The position numbers were made by a program, and so were the translations under genes. The notes beneath the pieces were generated by a model. The model made no database searches and was not told the DNA's origin. It saw nothing but the letters and a program-made list of their open reading frames with translations. Positions 61,718 through 64,000 of a DNA stretch of 64,000 nucleotides are shown in pieces (position 1 is the stretch's first letter; each line of letters starts with the position of its first letter). The stretch covers positions 197,968,001 through 198,032,000 of the forward strand of contig NC_058368.1 in assembly GCF_018350175.1 (NCBI RefSeq), written 5' to 3'. Source of the DNA: Felis catus (Eukaryota).

Positions 61718-64000
61718 TTTAGGACCACTTTTGCTGCATCCCAAAGGTTTTGGACCATTGTGTTTTCATTTTCATTTCTTTCCATGTAATTTTTTTTTTC
61801 TTCTTTGATTCCTTGGTTGACCCATTCATTTTTTGTGTTATTTAGCCTCCATGTGCTTGTGCTCTTTCCAGGTTTTTTCTTGTGGTTGACCTCTAGTTTC
61901 ATAGCATTGTGGTCAGAAAAGATGCATGATATGACTTCAATCTTTTTGAATATGCTGAGACTTATTTTGTGGTCTAATATGTAATCTATTCTGGAGAATG
62001 TGTCACGTGCACTTGAAAAAAGTGCATTCTGCTGTTTTAGGTTGGAATGTTCTGAATATATCTGTTAAATCCATCTGTTCCAGTGTGTCATTCAAAGCCA
62101 CTATTTCCTTGTTGATTTTCTGCTTGGATGATCTGTCTCTTGATGTAAATGATGTGTTAAAGTCCCCTACTATTACTGTATTAGTATCGATGAGTTCCTT
62201 TCTGTTTGTTACTCTTTTATGTGTTTGGGTTCTCCTATGTTGACTGCGTAAATATTTACAATTGTCATGTCTTTTTTTTGGATTGTCCCCTTTTATTTTT
62301 TATTATCTAGTGTCCTTCTTTGTCTTTTGTTACAGCCTTTGTTTTAAAGTCAATTTTGTTTGATATAAGTATTGCTACCCTGGCTTTCTTTTGACTTCCA
62401 TGTGCATGATACATTTCCCTCCATCCCCTCACTCTCAATCTGCAGGTGACTTCAGGTCCAAAGTGAGTCTCTTGTAGGCAGTATATAGGTGAGTCTTATT
62501 TTTTTTTATCCACTTTGTCACCCTATGTCTTTTGATTGGAGTGTTTAGTCTACATTCAAAGTAATTATTAATAGATAAGTATTTATTGCCATTTTATTAT
62601 TTGTTTTGTGGCTTTTTTTTTTTGTAGTTTTTCTCTGATCCTTTCTTCTCTTGCTCTCCTTCAAGGTTTGTTGACTTCCTTTAGTGACATGCTTGGATTC
62701 CTTTCTGTATTCTTTGCATATCTATTACTGGTTTTTGATTTGTGGTTACCATTAGGTTTGTGTATAACATCTTATGCCTATAGCAGTGTATACGAAGTTG
62801 ATGGTTGCTTAAGTTTGAACCCATTCTTTACTGCTCTTCCCTCTTACACTGTTTTATTTTGCGAATCTCTTGACTAATTTTTACAGATATACTTAATTTT
62901 GCTGCTTTTGTGTCTCTTTCTTTTCATACTCTCACTTATCATCTTTCCTTTCCATTCCAAGAATCCCCTTTAATATTTCTTGTAGGGCTAATTTAGTGGT
63001 CATGAACTCCTTTAGTTTTTGTTTGTCTGAGAAACTTCGCATCTTTCCTTCTACTCTGAATGATAGCCTTTCTGGATAGAGTATTCTTGGCTGCAGTTTT
63101 TTCCCTTTCAGCATTTTGAGTAGATTATGCCACATCCTTCCGGCTTGCAATGTTTCTGCTGAAAAATTCGTTGATAGTCTTACAGTTTCCCTTGTATTAA
63201 CTGCTTTCTTTCTCTTACCACTTTTCATTTTTTTTCCTTTATCACTGCTTTTTGCCATTTTAGTTACCAAGTGTCTTGGTATGGACCTGCTTGGATTGAT
63301 TTTGTTAGGGGATCTCTGTGCCTCTTTGATCTGGATATCTGTCTCCTTCCCTAGATTAGGCAAATTATCAGCTATTATTTTTTCCAATAAAATTTCTGCC
63401 ACCTTTTCTCTCTCTTCTTCTGGGATCCCTCTAAAGTGAATGTTACTACACTTGAGAAAGTCATCGAGTTCTCTAAGTCTGTTCTCATTTTGCATAATTC
63501 TATTTTCTCTCACTTGCTCAGCTTGATTACTTTCCGCTCCTTTGTCTTCTAGGACATTAATTCATTCCTCTGCTTCCCTTAGCCTGCTATTCATTCCATC
63601 AAGTGTATTTTTAATTTCACATACTGTGTTCTTCATTTCGGATTGCTTCTTTTTTTAATCTCTGTGTAAAAGTCTCACCGATGTCCTCTACCCTTTCCTC
63701 AAGTCCAGTGAGTATCTTTATGATCATCACTTTAAATTCTCTACAGGCATATTACTTATCTCCATTTTGCTTGGGTCTCTTGTGATTTTTGTCCTGTTCT
63801 TCCATTTGGGACATATTCCTCTGTCTCCTCATTTTGCCTAATTCTCTGTGTCTCTTTCTGAGTGTTAGGAAAGTCAGCTACTTCTGTTTTTGAAAGTAGT
63901 GGGTGCCACTTTTACCAAGGTGGCGCTGGTCCTCTTCCACAGGGGATGGGCAGCTGCTGTGGGAACCGGGGCCAGCCAGGGCTGCTCCACAGTATGCTAG
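61718..64000 (-). mobile_element. Carnivore L1 5' half (ORF1 remnant 62932-63513 and start of ORF2), running off the window
   Basis: ORF1-like NRLRELDD...GIPEEEREK...LQPRILYPERLSF...[10 protein letters not shown] and ORF2-like [10 protein letters not shown]...NLWDAAKVVLKG. Confidence 0.9.

Noticed and set aside
62932..63513. 193-aa L1 ORF1-like ORF as a functional or domesticated gene
   Set aside because: Partial ORF1 in a decayed, truncated L1.
63912..63930. CTCF-like motif taccaaggtggcgctg (and a weaker one near 33370)
   Set aside because: Both lie within or beside transposon remnants and match the core less well.

Overview
Mammalian genomic DNA, almost certainly felid (about 26 CanSINEs, several of the young felid type), covering part of the SPINK (Kazal-type serine protease inhibitor) cluster. 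The ORF track is almost all noise or repeat; the real genes are small and spliced, and I assembled them by hand. (1) SPINK7/ECRG2, minus strand: exons 1-3 are present and the last exon is probably left of the window. (2) SPINK13, minus strand: a complete 94-aa protein from four coding exons, with a degenerate near-full-length L1 in its last intron. (3) An intact plus-strand gene at 53579-57197 encoding an 88-aa secreted Kazal protein (reactive site CTRE) resembling the boar sperm-associated acrosin inhibitor. (4) A tandem, pseudogenised paralog of (3) at about 41.7-44.5 kb, whose Kazal exon has two CanSINEs inserted at the reactive-site codons with a triplicated target site. The rest is L1, SINE, LTR and DNA-transposon remnants plus microsatellites. 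Gene and repeat names rest on recalled sequences, not database searches.
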